Of a stretch of 64,000 nt of DNA, positions 28,123-37,759 are shown piece after piece. Made by a program: the position numbers and the translations under genes. Source of the DNA: Patescibacteria group bacterium (GTDB taxonomy: Bacteria > Patescibacteriota > Minisyncoccia > Phycocordibacterales > UBA1550). The notes beneath the pieces were generated by a model. That model saw only the letters and a program-made list of their open reading frames with translations. It did not search any database and was not told the DNA's origin. The DNA is taken from the NCBI GenBank assembly GCA_038062675.1, contig JBBTWP010000005.1:43844-107843 (forward strand), read 5' to 3'. How positions within the stretch are numbered: the first letter of the stretch is position 1; every line of letters begins with the position of its first letter.

Positions 28123-29808
28123 TTACAAATATTTTACCATATATGTTCCCTCGAGCTGGTATCCTTGTTTGCGATAGTATTCGCGCACGCCGATACCCGA
28201 GATAACCGCGAGTTTTTTGTACCCTGCTTCGCGCGCAATGCGTTCTGCCTCCAAGAGGAGTCGTTTCCCAAACCCCATGTGCTGACTTTGTGTTCCCACC
28301 TCCCCTACTTGCGCCATGCGCCCATACGTGTGAAGCTCGCGCACGAGCGCCGCACCCTGGAGCACCTCAAGCCCTGTCCCCACAAACTCCTGCCCATGAT
28401 TTTTCGGCAACCGCAAGCGCAAAAACGACGCGAGCTTGCCTTCATTCGCCTCTTCAAACGAAAGGAAAATTTCCCGCCCACTTCTCGTACGATACTCTTT
28501 CACCGTCAGTGGAAATTTCTCGAGTTCGACTTCCATCCCGCGCACTTCACGACAGCGAATGCACTTGCATCGCCAATTATTTTTCTTCATATCGTTGAAC
28601 AACCACTGGCGCAGATTTGAAACTTTACTTCCTGCTTGAATGTAGGTCGCAGGAATATCGCGAATCACCCGAATGATGCGCACGTATTTTGGGATTTGTT
28701 TTTTTGCACCCGCAAGCACACTCATGAGCTCCTCATCCGTGTACGGTTTAAATTTCCCCGCTTTCCAAATATCAAAAAGTTCACTTCCTTCGAGCACCAT
28801 GCAGGGATACATCTTAATCATGTCGGGATGAAAATCCTCACTCGAAAAAAGCTCGCCAAACATTTCAATATCACGCTGGGGCGTGCTCCCCTCCAAGTTT
28901 GGCATCATGTGGTACACAATCTTAAATCCCGCATTGCGCAAAAGCTCGGTTGCTTCTTTCACCGCACCAATCTTCATGTCGCGCTTGGTGAGCTCGAGCA
29001 CATCGTCGTCGAGATGCTGCACACCAATCTCCACCTTGGTCACCCCGAGGCTACGCAACCGCTCAAGCTCCTTTGGATTGATATAGTCTGGACGCGTCTC
29101 AATCGAAAGCCCAATGAGGCGCGTTCGTGCAGTTTCGTTTTCGTGCATCATCTCAGCGAATGTTTTTTGCCCCTTCGGCGTCTGCATCTCGGGGGGCACG
29201 TCAAAGTTATTGCATGCACGGTAACACTCCGCAAGAAATTCTTCCTGATACTTCGGATGATAAAAACTCCACGTACCGCCAATGACAATCATTTCGATTT
29301 TGTCGGTCTCGTGGCCGTTCATACGAAGCGCGAGCAAGCGACTCGTGATCTGGTCGTACGGATCAAAATCGTTCGCAAGAGCACGCGCCGCCGCCGGCTC
29401 TTTTGAAAGATAGCTCTTGGGCATGTTTGCTTCGGTAGGGCAATACGTGCATCGCCCTGGGCACGGGTAGGGCTTCGTAAGAAGTGAGACCACCGCAACC
29501 CCTGAGTTGCTCCGCGTTTTGAGCTTCTTAAGCACCAGCTCTGCGTTGGAATTCTTCTCTTCTTCTCCCGCCTCCACAAGCGCCTTATAGAACGCCAAGA
29601 GCTCGGCATTGGTAGGCACATGTGACCCATAAAACTCCTCAGAAATGGCCTCCAAGGGCATCAATTGCCCCGCAGGAAGCACTTTATTCTCCCGTGCGTG
29701 AATCTGCCTCCGCAGATCCAAAATACGCCCATAGAGCGCCGGATCAACCATGATTTTCCGCTTCAGGTTCTGCAGGTCCTTTTCGGTTTTGATATCAGTA
29801 AAAAGCAT
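28123..29808 (-). CDS. elp3: Elp3 radical SAM/GNAT tRNA U34 carboxymethylation enzyme
   Basis: CPGRCTYCP, PKSY, ETRPD, RELHTYG, QHMGFG and ISGIGVREYY motifs. Confidence 0.93.
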   Translation of the reverse strand: MLFTDIKTEKDLQNLKRKIMVDPALYGRILDLRRQIHARENKVLPAGQLMPLEAISEEFYGSHVPTNAELLAFYKALVEAGEEEKNSNAELVLKKLKTRSNSGVAVVSLLTKPYPCPGRCTYCPTEANMPKSYLSKEPAAARALANDFDPYDQITSRLLALRMNGHETDKIEMIVIGGTWSFYHPKYQEEFLAECYRACNNFDVPPEMQTPKGQKTFAEMMHENETARTRLIGLSIETRPDYINPKELERLRSLGVTKVEIGVQHLDDDVLELTKRDMKIGAVKEATELLRNAGFKIVYHMMPNLEGSTPQRDIEMFGELFSSEDFHPDMIKMYPCMVLEGSELFDIWKAGKFKPYTDEELMSVLAGAKKQIPKYVRIIRVIRDIPATYIQAGSKVSNLRQWLFNDMKKNNWRCKCIRCREVRGMEVELEKFPLTVKEYRTRSGREIFLSFEEANEGKLASFLRLRLPKNHGQEFVGTGLEVLQGAALVRELHTYGRMAQVGEVGTQSQHMGFGKRLLLEAERIAREAGYKKLAVISGIGVREYYRKQGYQLEGTYMVKYL

Positions 29809-29837
29809 ATTCTGGTAAGATACTTACTATACTACGT

Positions 29838-30533
29838 ATGCGCCAAGAATATGCAAATAAAATCCTCGAGCAATCGCGCTCTGGGTACGAAACTATCGCC
29901 AGCGACTTCTCGCGTACCCGTGGCACATTTTGGCAAGAGCTGATGTTTGTTTACGACATGGTGCCACCCACGTCACGCATCCTCGACATCGGCTGTGGCA
30001 ATGGACGCTTTTTAAGCGCACTCAAAGACGACACGGTAGACTACACCGGCGTTGATTTTTCCAAAGGACTCATCGACATCGCAAAGGAACGCTACCGAGA
30101 ACGGCCACACGCCACATTTCAAACCGCCGACGCACTCGCCCTCCCTTTCTCCAACCACTCCTTCGACATAGCCGTATCGTTCGCCGTCCTCCACCACATT
30201 CCCTCGCGCGCGTATCGCATTCAATTTCTCAAAGAGGCCGCGCGCGTCATCAAACCGGGCAGCACCATCATCCTCACCGCGTGGAATGTCTGGCATTCCC
30301 GCCCATGGACCGTACTAAAATTCGCGCTTAAAAAATTACTCGGTCAAACACACACCGACGTTGGCGACGCACTCCTCGACTTCGGCAAAGAAAAAAACGT
30401 GCGCTTTGTGCACGCCCTCACCGCGCGCGAAATCCGCTCTCTCGCACGCGGTGCTGGCCTCACCATCACCCGCCTCGAGAAAATCCGCCGCCCGAGTGGT
30501 GAAGAAAATTTCTTTGTGGTACTCCAAGCGTAA
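29838..30533 (+). CDS. Class I SAM methyltransferase, Trm9/ALKBH8-like
   Basis: YETIASDFSRTR..W, ILDIGCGNGR and AVLHHIP..R..FLKE..R.IKPG..ILTAW motifs. Confidence 0.7.
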   Translation: MRQEYANKILEQSRSGYETIASDFSRTRGTFWQELMFVYDMVPPTSRILDIGCGNGRFLSALKDDTVDYTGVDFSKGLIDIAKERYRERPHATFQTADALALPFSNHSFDIAVSFAVLHHIPSRAYRIQFLKEAARVIKPGSTIILTAWNVWHSRPWTVLKFALKKLLGQTHTDVGDALLDFGKEKNVRFVHALTAREIRSLARGAGLTITRLEKIRRPSGEENFFVVLQA

Positions 30534-30666
30534 CTCAAAAAACATCTGCCCAATTTGCTTGACGTACCCCCCCCCTCAAATGCTAGACTGCGCCGAGATG
30601 TACTTGCTTGCGCATTCCGCACGAGCATTTAGTTTGACAACGCAACAATACAGAAAGGGGTAATCT

Positions 30667-31935
30667 ATGAGACACTTGCAAAGGTGGTTTTTTGTTTTTA
30701 TGGTGAGTATGTGGTTCGCATCCTTGACACACGCCGACCAGATGACCTACCAACCGGGACCAGAAGGAACGGATGTTTGGATTACCAACACCTATGACTA
30801 TGGGAGTGACTATGGTGTTGATAACGACAAACTTGAGGCGGGCGGCTGGGGCGATGAGTATCGCTTTCTCTGGAAACCCGATTTCACGGGTTTCCCGCAA
30901 AATGCAACCTCGGCTGCTTTGTGGATGTTTCCTTACCCTCGCGGAGATGCTTCAACGCCAGTAAGCATGGCTGTTGATTTGATGACTACGCCATGGAACG
31001 AGGACACTGGGTGGTACAATACGGTAATGAATGGAATACCAGTTGGTGTTCTTTCAGCTCCAACACCAGGGCAATGGTACGGTATAAACATTACTCAAAT
31101 CTACAATCTGTGGAAGGCGGGAACGTACGCCAACCACGGCTTTAGATTTAGGCCGACGGGAATCAACAATCAGTTCTCGCAATTTTTGAGTTCTGATTTT
31201 TGGTACGGTCCGTATCGCCCGAAGGTTGTGGTTACCTACAAGGGCGCGGATTTACAATTTCCTCTTGCGAAACCGAGACCGGCGGGCTTTATTGGGCCAA
31301 TCATTCCTGTGTTCCTTTCACCGTATGCGGCACAGATTAATTCTGTGTTGGACCATTCGTTGACCACGGAAGCGTATTGCAAAGATGATGTCATTGTTGC
31401 ATATACGGGAGAGCGTGCGGAGGAGAAGTATGGAACATCTGGATGGATTGGTACGCCTTCGTCCACAAGATGTTCGGGCAAGACTTTAAACGGATACCGA
31501 CAAGACACCGTCGGAACACCTTTTGTTGTGAATGGAAACTATGGTGGAGGGGCATTTTTGTTCTATGACGGGCATGATGGGTATGACTTTCAAGCCGAGA
31601 ATGGAACAGATGTTCATGCTGCTGCGGATGGAAAAGTGTACAATTCAAACGCTGTTGGGGAAGAGAATGTGAGGATCGAGCATCCGAGCGGATATGTTAC
31701 TCAGTATTGGCACATGCCAAAACGATATGTAGTAGAGGGACAACTTGTTTCAAAAGGTCAAAAAATCGGTATCGTAGGAAAAGGGCACCTGCACTTTACG
31801 GTGAAGAAAGGTAAGCTTTCAGAACCAGCAAAACTGCAACTCGTCGACCCCTACGGCTGGAAAGGCGAGTATGGCACGGATCCACTCAAAGTTGACGGTA
31901 AAGACAATGCTTGTCTGTGGGCGGTTTGTCAGTAG
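30667..31935 (+). CDS. Secreted protein with a DNRLRE/CBM96-like N-domain and an M23 metallopeptidase domain
   Basis: Signal peptide, N-domain ending RPKVVVTY, M23 Zn motifs HDGYD and HLH, and VDPYGW. Confidence 0.8.
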   Translation: MRHLQRWFFVFMVSMWFASLTHADQMTYQPGPEGTDVWITNTYDYGSDYGVDNDKLEAGGWGDEYRFLWKPDFTGFPQNATSAALWMFPYPRGDASTPVSMAVDLMTTPWNEDTGWYNTVMNGIPVGVLSAPTPGQWYGINITQIYNLWKAGTYANHGFRFRPTGINNQFSQFLSSDFWYGPYRPKVVVTYKGADLQFPLAKPRPAGFIGPIIPVFLSPYAAQINSVLDHSLTTEAYCKDDVIVAYTGERAEEKYGTSGWIGTPSSTRCSGKTLNGYRQDTVGTPFVVNGNYGGGAFLFYDGHDGYDFQAENGTDVHAAADGKVYNSNAVGEENVRIEHPSGYVTQYWHMPKRYVVEGQLVSKGQKIGIVGKGHLHFTVKKGKLSEPAKLQLVDPYGWKGEYGTDPLKVDGKDNACLWAVCQ

Positions 31936-32014
31936 TTCCTTTGTGTTGTTGATGTTAAAAAGTTAAGCAATCATTCAATCTCCTTGCCGTTCGCGGTGAG
32001 GGGATTTTTTTTGT
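31841..32014. repeat. Block A copy 1 (M23 3' end plus terminator), 174 bp
   Basis: Identical by eye to 32719-32892. Confidence 0.9.
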
Positions 32015-32027
32015 AAATATTTCCTTG

Positions 32028-32666
32028 TTATTCGAGGAATCTGAAGGTGGAGAGGACTGCATCAAGGAGTTTTTGTGATTCACTATTACTGAGAATATTG
32101 AACATAAAAGACTTTTCTTTGCGAAAAAAACTTGCCCGAGAAACACTCATGTTGTCATAATACTTTATTTTTTCTCCGTTCAAAATACTCTCTCTAGAAA
32201 TAATTTTCTCTTCTACTCCTAAATTTTTCCAATAGGTTGTTGTTGCCGCTCTTTCCCAGACTTCCTTAGAGGTAACTCTAAATCCCAAAGATGGTGGATC
32301 GTATCTCTGTCCAGTTAGTAGTTCTTGGTGAATGCTCAGAACAGGGCTACTGCATTCGAAAATTTGGGAGCTCATTGGCATATCGTCTTCGTAATTCCAT
32401 GATGTATCATACAAAAACCACCCCTTCGGATACTTAAACTCATACCCATACTTCTCATTTCGGCACACCGGCCAACTTGCGATTGCTTCAGGAGAAAGGT
32501 CGGGGAGTTGAATGGGTAGTTTTTCATATTCCGACAATGGTTCCACTGTTGTTTTTGCAGGTTCAGGAATCGGCTCAACAGATATTTGATTCTGTGAAAT
32601 CACCACCCCCACGACGACAACTGCCACAATAATCCCCCCGAGTAGTATTTTTTTCTTCTTTTCCAT
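32028..32666 (-). CDS. Membrane-anchored PsbP/Mog1-like protein, variant 1
   Basis: N-terminal TM helix, NEKYGYEFKYPKGW and C-terminal VLSTFRF. Confidence 0.7.
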   Translation of the reverse strand: MEKKKKILLGGIIVAVVVVGVVISQNQISVEPIPEPAKTTVEPLSEYEKLPIQLPDLSPEAIASWPVCRNEKYGYEFKYPKGWFLYDTSWNYEDDMPMSSQIFECSSPVLSIHQELLTGQRYDPPSLGFRVTSKEVWERAATTTYWKNLGVEEKIISRESILNGEKIKYYDNMSVSRASFFRKEKSFMFNILSNSESQKLLDAVLSTFRFLE

Positions 32667-32688
32667 AAAATGACTTTAGCATGTTTTG
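32426..32688. repeat. Block B copy 1 (promoter plus first ~80 codons), 263 bp
   Basis: Identical by eye to 33313-33575. Confidence 0.9.
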
Positions 32689-32718
32689 TTTGATATCCCA
32701 ACCACACTACACCCCAGT

Positions 32719-32892
32719 TCGTCGACCCCTACGGCTGGAAAGGCGAGTATGGCACGGATCCACTCAAAGTTGACGGTAAAGACAATGCTTGTCTGTGGGC
32801 GGTTTGTCAGTAGTTCCTTTGTGTTGTTGATGTTAAAAAGTTAAGCAATCATTCAATCTCCTTGCCGTTCGCGGTGAGGGGATTTTTTTTGT
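32719..32892. repeat. Block A copy 2 (orphan M23 3' fragment plus terminator)
   Basis: Identical by eye to 31841-32014. Confidence 0.9.
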
Positions 32893-32905
32893 GAGTATTT
32901 TAGAA

Positions 32906-33553
32906 TTAGTCGAGGAATTTGAAGGTGGAAATAATCGCATTCATGAGTTTTTCTCCTTTGAGATTAGGTACTGTCAAAAAAATAAATTTGTCTTTTTTGT
33001 AGAAAATCCCTGCATTAATAGAAAATATAGCAATCTGATATTTTACTGTTTTTCCATGGAGTACAAATTCTTTGAAGATAACCTCTTTTTTCTTTAGCAG
33101 TCCAAATTCTTTTACAGAGTTTGCCACTATGTCCCAATCATCTATGTCCCTTATCGAAACCCCAATAGATAGAGGAGCAAAACTAGAATCAGCTAACCCC
33201 CCTTGAGAAACTATTATCATTAATCTATCACATTCGAGAATCTTAGGGACGGGTAACACATTGTTTCCGCGCATATCATAAAGTTCTTCTTCATCATGAA
33301 CCGTCCACCCCCTCGGATACTTAAACTCATACCCATACTTCTCATTTCGGCACACCGGCCAACTTGCGATTGCTTCAGGAGAAAGGTCGGGGAGTTGAAT
33401 GGGTAGTTTTTCATATTCCGACAATGGTTCCACTGTTGTTTTTGCAGGTTCAGGAATCGGCTCAACAGATATTTGATTCTGTGAAATCACCACCCCCACG
33501 ACGACAACTGCCACAATAATCCCCCCGAGTAGTATTTTTTTCTTCTTTTCCAT
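32906..33553 (-). CDS. Membrane-anchored PsbP/Mog1-like protein, variant 2
   Basis: Same first ~80 aa as 32028..32666, with a divergent remainder ending IISTFKF. Confidence 0.7.
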   Translation of the reverse strand: MEKKKKILLGGIIVAVVVVGVVISQNQISVEPIPEPAKTTVEPLSEYEKLPIQLPDLSPEAIASWPVCRNEKYGYEFKYPRGWTVHDEEELYDMRGNNVLPVPKILECDRLMIIVSQGGLADSSFAPLSIGVSIRDIDDWDIVANSVKEFGLLKKKEVIFKEFVLHGKTVKYQIAIFSINAGIFYKKDKFIFLTVPNLKGEKLMNAIISTFKFLD

Positions 33554-33575
33554 AAAATGACTTTAGCATGTTTTG
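33313..33575. repeat. Block B copy 2
   Basis: Identical by eye to 32426-32688. Confidence 0.9.
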
Positions 33576-33670
33576 CATAGTGTTGCCATCTTAATTTTCG
33601 ATGTAGTATTTCGTCTACTCAAAAAACCTTACTCCATGAGCCTAGCTTCGAAATCTTTACCGGCACAAAA

Positions 33671-34576
33671 TCAACTATTTTTAGATAGTTTTTCTTCATG
33701 CAAAGATTCAATTTTTGTAAGGCGTTTTATTAAATCAGTAATTCTAATCAAAAGAACTGATATACCCTTATCATTTTCAGGAAAATATTTTCGAATATAA
33801 GATTCTACTGCCATTAGAACAAAAACATTAATCGGGCAAAGAAGCCTAGGGTCTGGAGTAACAGATTCGGGCGTCGGTCTAAATCCAGAATCAACTTCTT
33901 CTATATGGTGTTTTACTAAGTCTACCCAAGAACCATGAATGGAGTGAGATTGAATTCCTTGAAGCATCGGATAAATTGATTCCATATCAAGAGCAGTAAG
34001 AATAGTTTTATAATCCTTTCTCCTTGGGATTATTAATTTATCAATCTCCGTTTCTGCTATCCCTGAAATTTTAAAAACACCAGTAATAGATTTAAGCATT
34101 CTGGTTTCAATCGGCAAAATACTTCCTCTTCTTTTTATCTTCTCTTGAAGGAAAGCGTACATTTCTTTTTCTGGCTTAAGGCTTGATTTTATAAATTCTT
34201 CAAAGTCTTCGACATTTGCCTTTTCACAAAAAAACTTTAAATTTGTGGCTGATTCTGTAATACAACGATTGAGTGCCATAACTACTTCGCCATGCTCACT
34301 AACTTTATCAACTAATAAGGCCATAATGGCCTTCATAAATTTTACTATTCTAATAACTAATCCTGCCCCTATTGCTTGGTTGCGAGAAAGTACTCCCTCT
34401 TTTTGATCAAACGATTCATGCAAGCTAGCTGACAACACTATGACTATTGCTGTTTCTCGGTACAAATCAAAAACCACTTTTGAGAAAGCATCCTCTGAGC
34501 CTGCATTGATATCAGAAAAATCTGTGGCAGGACTTAGGAGATCTGCTATAGATTTTTCAGTAACTTTTGTATTCAT
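33671..34576 (-). CDS. AT-rich helical protein, DUF5677-like
   Basis: LNRCITE...L and IY..L...SHSIHGSW motifs. Confidence 0.5.
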   Translation of the reverse strand: MNTKVTEKSIADLLSPATDFSDINAGSEDAFSKVVFDLYRETAIVIVLSASLHESFDQKEGVLSRNQAIGAGLVIRIVKFMKAIMALLVDKVSEHGEVVMALNRCITESATNLKFFCEKANVEDFEEFIKSSLKPEKEMYAFLQEKIKRRGSILPIETRMLKSITGVFKISGIAETEIDKLIIPRRKDYKTILTALDMESIYPMLQGIQSHSIHGSWVDLVKHHIEEVDSGFRPTPESVTPDPRLLCPINVFVLMAVESYIRKYFPENDKGISVLLIRITDLIKRLTKIESLHEEKLSKNS

Positions 34577-34658
34577 AATTATAAGGCGAAAAGTATCGTT
34601 AATTTGTCATTTTTTCTTCTATACACTATTGCTTTTACGTAAAGAAGGGCACTCAACC

Positions 34659-35765
34659 CTACCCCAGCGCATCCTCCCACGACTTTTTGTAGAGGGCAAG
34701 GTATTCTGTTTTGGTCAAAAGTACGGGGGGTTTTTGTTTAAACTTTATTTCGTGAGCGGCGACTTTTAGAAGCACTTGAGCGAGAGCACTAGCGTCTCCC
34801 ACCGTCACCACGAATCCATTCCCACCATTTTCGATTACTTCTTTTGCGCATCCGACATTTGTGGCAATCACAGGACATCCAACCACAAGCGCCTCGACAA
34901 TGGTCATTCCATACCCTTCATAGTTTGAGGTGAGGAGAAAAGCATCAGCTGTTTTCATATACGATGCAACATCATCCTGCCACGGCAGGAGCACCACATT
35001 TCGTGAAAGCCCGTGCGCCTGCACCAAACTTTTTATCCATGCCTCTTCGGATCCTTCACCCACAACAACGAGCCCAACGCGCGGATATTTTCCCAACACT
35101 TCGCCAAACGCCTCGAGTGCAAGCGGAATATTTTTCTCAACGGATAACCTCGACGCCATGAGAAAATGTGTACTGAACTGCAGATATTCTTTTTTAATAT
35201 CACGAGATACCGGAGCATTCTTTATGCGTTCCACATCCACAAAAATAGGGAGAACAGTGACCATCACTTCTCTACGAACCAACCCCTCAACAGACTGCTT
35301 GATACGCGTCGACACTACACGCACCGCATGAGCACGTGGCAACAAGAACTTTGCAAGAACGACACGCGCACGATTCATGAACGACTCTCGTGCAAAATGT
35401 GGACTCAAAAAATCCGTATGAATCTGCAAATGTAATTTCGCTCCCAATATTCGCGCAATCAAAAAAGCGGTAAGACCTGTCTCGAAGGGATCTTGCGCGG
35501 TCACCACATCAACATGAACTCCTTGTTTCTTGAGTGTGACGACTTGCCTCAGAGCAGCTGGAATATATCCGAAGCGTGTGCGAGCATTTGTAGGATACAA
35601 AAAAATATTTGGTGGAAATGACTGCGCAGCTACACCCGCCGACCGTTTTGCAAAAACAATAATCCGGAGCTCATCTGCGAGACGACCATACTCAAGCAGG
35701 CGCGACCGCACCGCGCTCCCCTCTTCAAATACTTTGCGGTCCAACGAAACAGAAAGAATATTCAT
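34659..35765 (-). CDS. Glycosyltransferase family 4
   Basis: QDPFETG, RLSVEKN and YEGYGMTIVEA motifs. Confidence 0.92.
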   Translation of the reverse strand: MNILSVSLDRKVFEEGSAVRSRLLEYGRLADELRIIVFAKRSAGVAAQSFPPNIFLYPTNARTRFGYIPAALRQVVTLKKQGVHVDVVTAQDPFETGLTAFLIARILGAKLHLQIHTDFLSPHFARESFMNRARVVLAKFLLPRAHAVRVVSTRIKQSVEGLVRREVMVTVLPIFVDVERIKNAPVSRDIKKEYLQFSTHFLMASRLSVEKNIPLALEAFGEVLGKYPRVGLVVVGEGSEEAWIKSLVQAHGLSRNVVLLPWQDDVASYMKTADAFLLTSNYEGYGMTIVEALVVGCPVIATNVGCAKEVIENGGNGFVVTVGDASALAQVLLKVAAHEIKFKQKPPVLLTKTEYLALYKKSWEDALG

Positions 35766-35786
35766 AGTATCAGCAGTATAAAGCCA

Positions 35787-36902
35787 TTACTTCATCCACG
35801 CAAGTTCATAGGCGAGTTGCTTCAACATACGCTCATCGCTAAAGTCTTTCACGCGTGCCTGTGCGGACTCGGCGAGTTTTTTCGCAAACAAAGGGTCGTC
35901 ATGAAGCAGGGCGATTGCTTGAGATAGTAAGCCGACATTATTCGGTGGAACAAGTGTGCCATTTTTTTTGTTTTCAATAATTTCAGTATTACCACCGACC
36001 GCAGTCGTGACCACTGGCGTACCCAAAGCCATGACTTCAAGCAATTGATGGGAAAAACCCTCGTACGAAGTATTGAGCACAAACACATCAGCAGCCTTAA
36101 GATACGCAAACAATTCTTTCTGGGAAAGTTTTCCGACTAAACTGATACGATCTTCAAGGTGAAGAAGTTTTATCTTTTCACTGAGCATTTTTTTGTCCGG
36201 TCCGTCTCCAATAATAAAAAGGTGTACGTCAGGGATTTTTTGCAGGAGTGTGGGCATCATTTCCACAAGCTCCACGAATCCTTTCCATGGGACCAACCTC
36301 CCCACCGACACAATGACATGCCCGCTCATACCAAGTTTCTTGCGCGCGTCAACTTTTTCTTCTTGTATTACCGGCACGTCAAACCCATTATAGATTACTG
36401 CAATTCTTTCAGCAGGAACCCCCCATGCCGTCACAATTTTTTTAAGGTATTCACTCGGCACAATGACACGGTCAGAAGCGCACGCGATTCGACACTGCAC
36501 ACGCTTTAAACTTCTCACCAACCTTGGGTACTCTTTGTGCTTTAAAACAAATGCGTCGAGTGTATCCACGACCCCTGCACGTTGCACCCCCTGCTCCCAA
36601 GCATAGTCCCCCACAATCTTGACGTAAAATTTCTTGCGAAATAACTTTGCCACAAGCATTGCAGGAAGCCCGACAGAAACAGGGTCCTGTGCATAAACGA
36701 GGTCAGCGCGCACACTGCGCACCAATACCCAGAAAAAATACACAACGTGTCGTAAAATTTTTGGCAACCAAAGAAATGTTCCAAAATTCACAACCACCAC
36801 ATCAAACCCATATGAAGGAAGTTTGTCGTGAAGGAGTTTGCTATACGTCGCCGGCCCCCCTATCTGGGGTGGATAAATTCCGGTTGCAATAAGTATCTTC
36901 AT
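35787..36902 (-). CDS. Glycosyltransferase family 4
   Basis: Start at MKILIATGIYPPQIGGPATY, with GRLVPWKG and YEGFSHQLLE motifs. Confidence 0.92.
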   Translation of the reverse strand: MKILIATGIYPPQIGGPATYSKLLHDKLPSYGFDVVVVNFGTFLWLPKILRHVVYFFWVLVRSVRADLVYAQDPVSVGLPAMLVAKLFRKKFYVKIVGDYAWEQGVQRAGVVDTLDAFVLKHKEYPRLVRSLKRVQCRIACASDRVIVPSEYLKKIVTAWGVPAERIAVIYNGFDVPVIQEEKVDARKKLGMSGHVIVSVGRLVPWKGFVELVEMMPTLLQKIPDVHLFIIGDGPDKKMLSEKIKLLHLEDRISLVGKLSQKELFAYLKAADVFVLNTSYEGFSHQLLEVMALGTPVVTTAVGGNTEIIENKKNGTLVPPNNVGLLSQAIALLHDDPLFAKKLAESAQARVKDFSDERMLKQLAYELAWMK

Positions 36903-37027
36903 ACTTATGAAGATACCATTGTTGGGAAGTTTTGAGAAGCATTGACGTTGCGCGCATAACATGCAAGAATCAAAAAAGAACCTGTCGTTGAACCTTTTCA
37001 CTCAAGAAGCAACAAAGGAGATATGTC

Positions 37028-37666
37028 ATGACACGAGTTATTAAAGCAATTGTTTTTGACTACAACGTCTTAGTCAACCACGATAACCGAAAAGTCTCCG
37101 CAATATTGGGAACATGGAGCTCTCAGAAGCTGAGCAGCGACCAAATACATCACGAGGTTTTTGATAGTCCGAAGCTATCTATATTTGAACGAGGAGAGAT
37201 CCCGCATGAAAGCTTCTACAACATTGTCATGTCCGCAATACTTGCCATGGACAAGAAACCAACTCTCGCAGAGTTTAGTGACCTATGGGGCAATGTTTTT
37301 AGTCAACGGAACAATGCAGACAATATGCTCGAACGACTCCATGTCCCTGACGCCATATTCTTGATGGGTAATGTTGACAAAATCCGCTCAGAACACTTAC
37401 GACAAATCCCGGCTATTGATACTTTCTTTGAGGGACAGTCGAGGTTAATTCTTTCTTGCGACAACAAGTCGCGCATGCCAGAGATTGGATTATGCTCTAC
37501 AGCAATCAAGCGTACCCGATGTGTCCCCAGCGAAATTTTATACGTTGGGACAAACCTTAAGTACACGGAACGATTTGAGCGATGCGGAACTGACATCCTT
37601 TTACATGACCCTCAACAACCGCTGACGTCCCTCATAAAGGAACTCCGCGCATTCAATGTTTTGTAA
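37028..37666 (+). CDS. Degenerate HAD-fold (YihX-like) protein
   Basis: KAIVFDYNVL resembles motif I, FERGEI is present, and motif IV lacks the DD pair (LYVGTN). Strong SD. Confidence 0.55.
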   Translation: MTRVIKAIVFDYNVLVNHDNRKVSAILGTWSSQKLSSDQIHHEVFDSPKLSIFERGEIPHESFYNIVMSAILAMDKKPTLAEFSDLWGNVFSQRNNADNMLERLHVPDAIFLMGNVDKIRSEHLRQIPAIDTFFEGQSRLILSCDNKSRMPEIGLCSTAIKRTRCVPSEILYVGTNLKYTERFERCGTDILLHDPQQPLTSLIKELRAFNVL

Positions 37667-37759
37667 CAAAACAAGTTAGAGCAAGGCGGTCGTTTCATAC
37701 GACCGCCCTATTTTTTGTACAATATCCCTTTTTTCTCAAAAACATGCTAGATTGAATAG

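Noticed and set aside
31940-31975. GTTAAGC as an integron attC/attI core in repeat block A
   Set aside because: No matching inverse core or attC stem, and no integrase in the window.
31841-33575. Diversity-generating retroelement TR/VR pair
   Set aside because: The repeats are identical rather than adenine-specifically mutated, and no reverse transcriptase is present.
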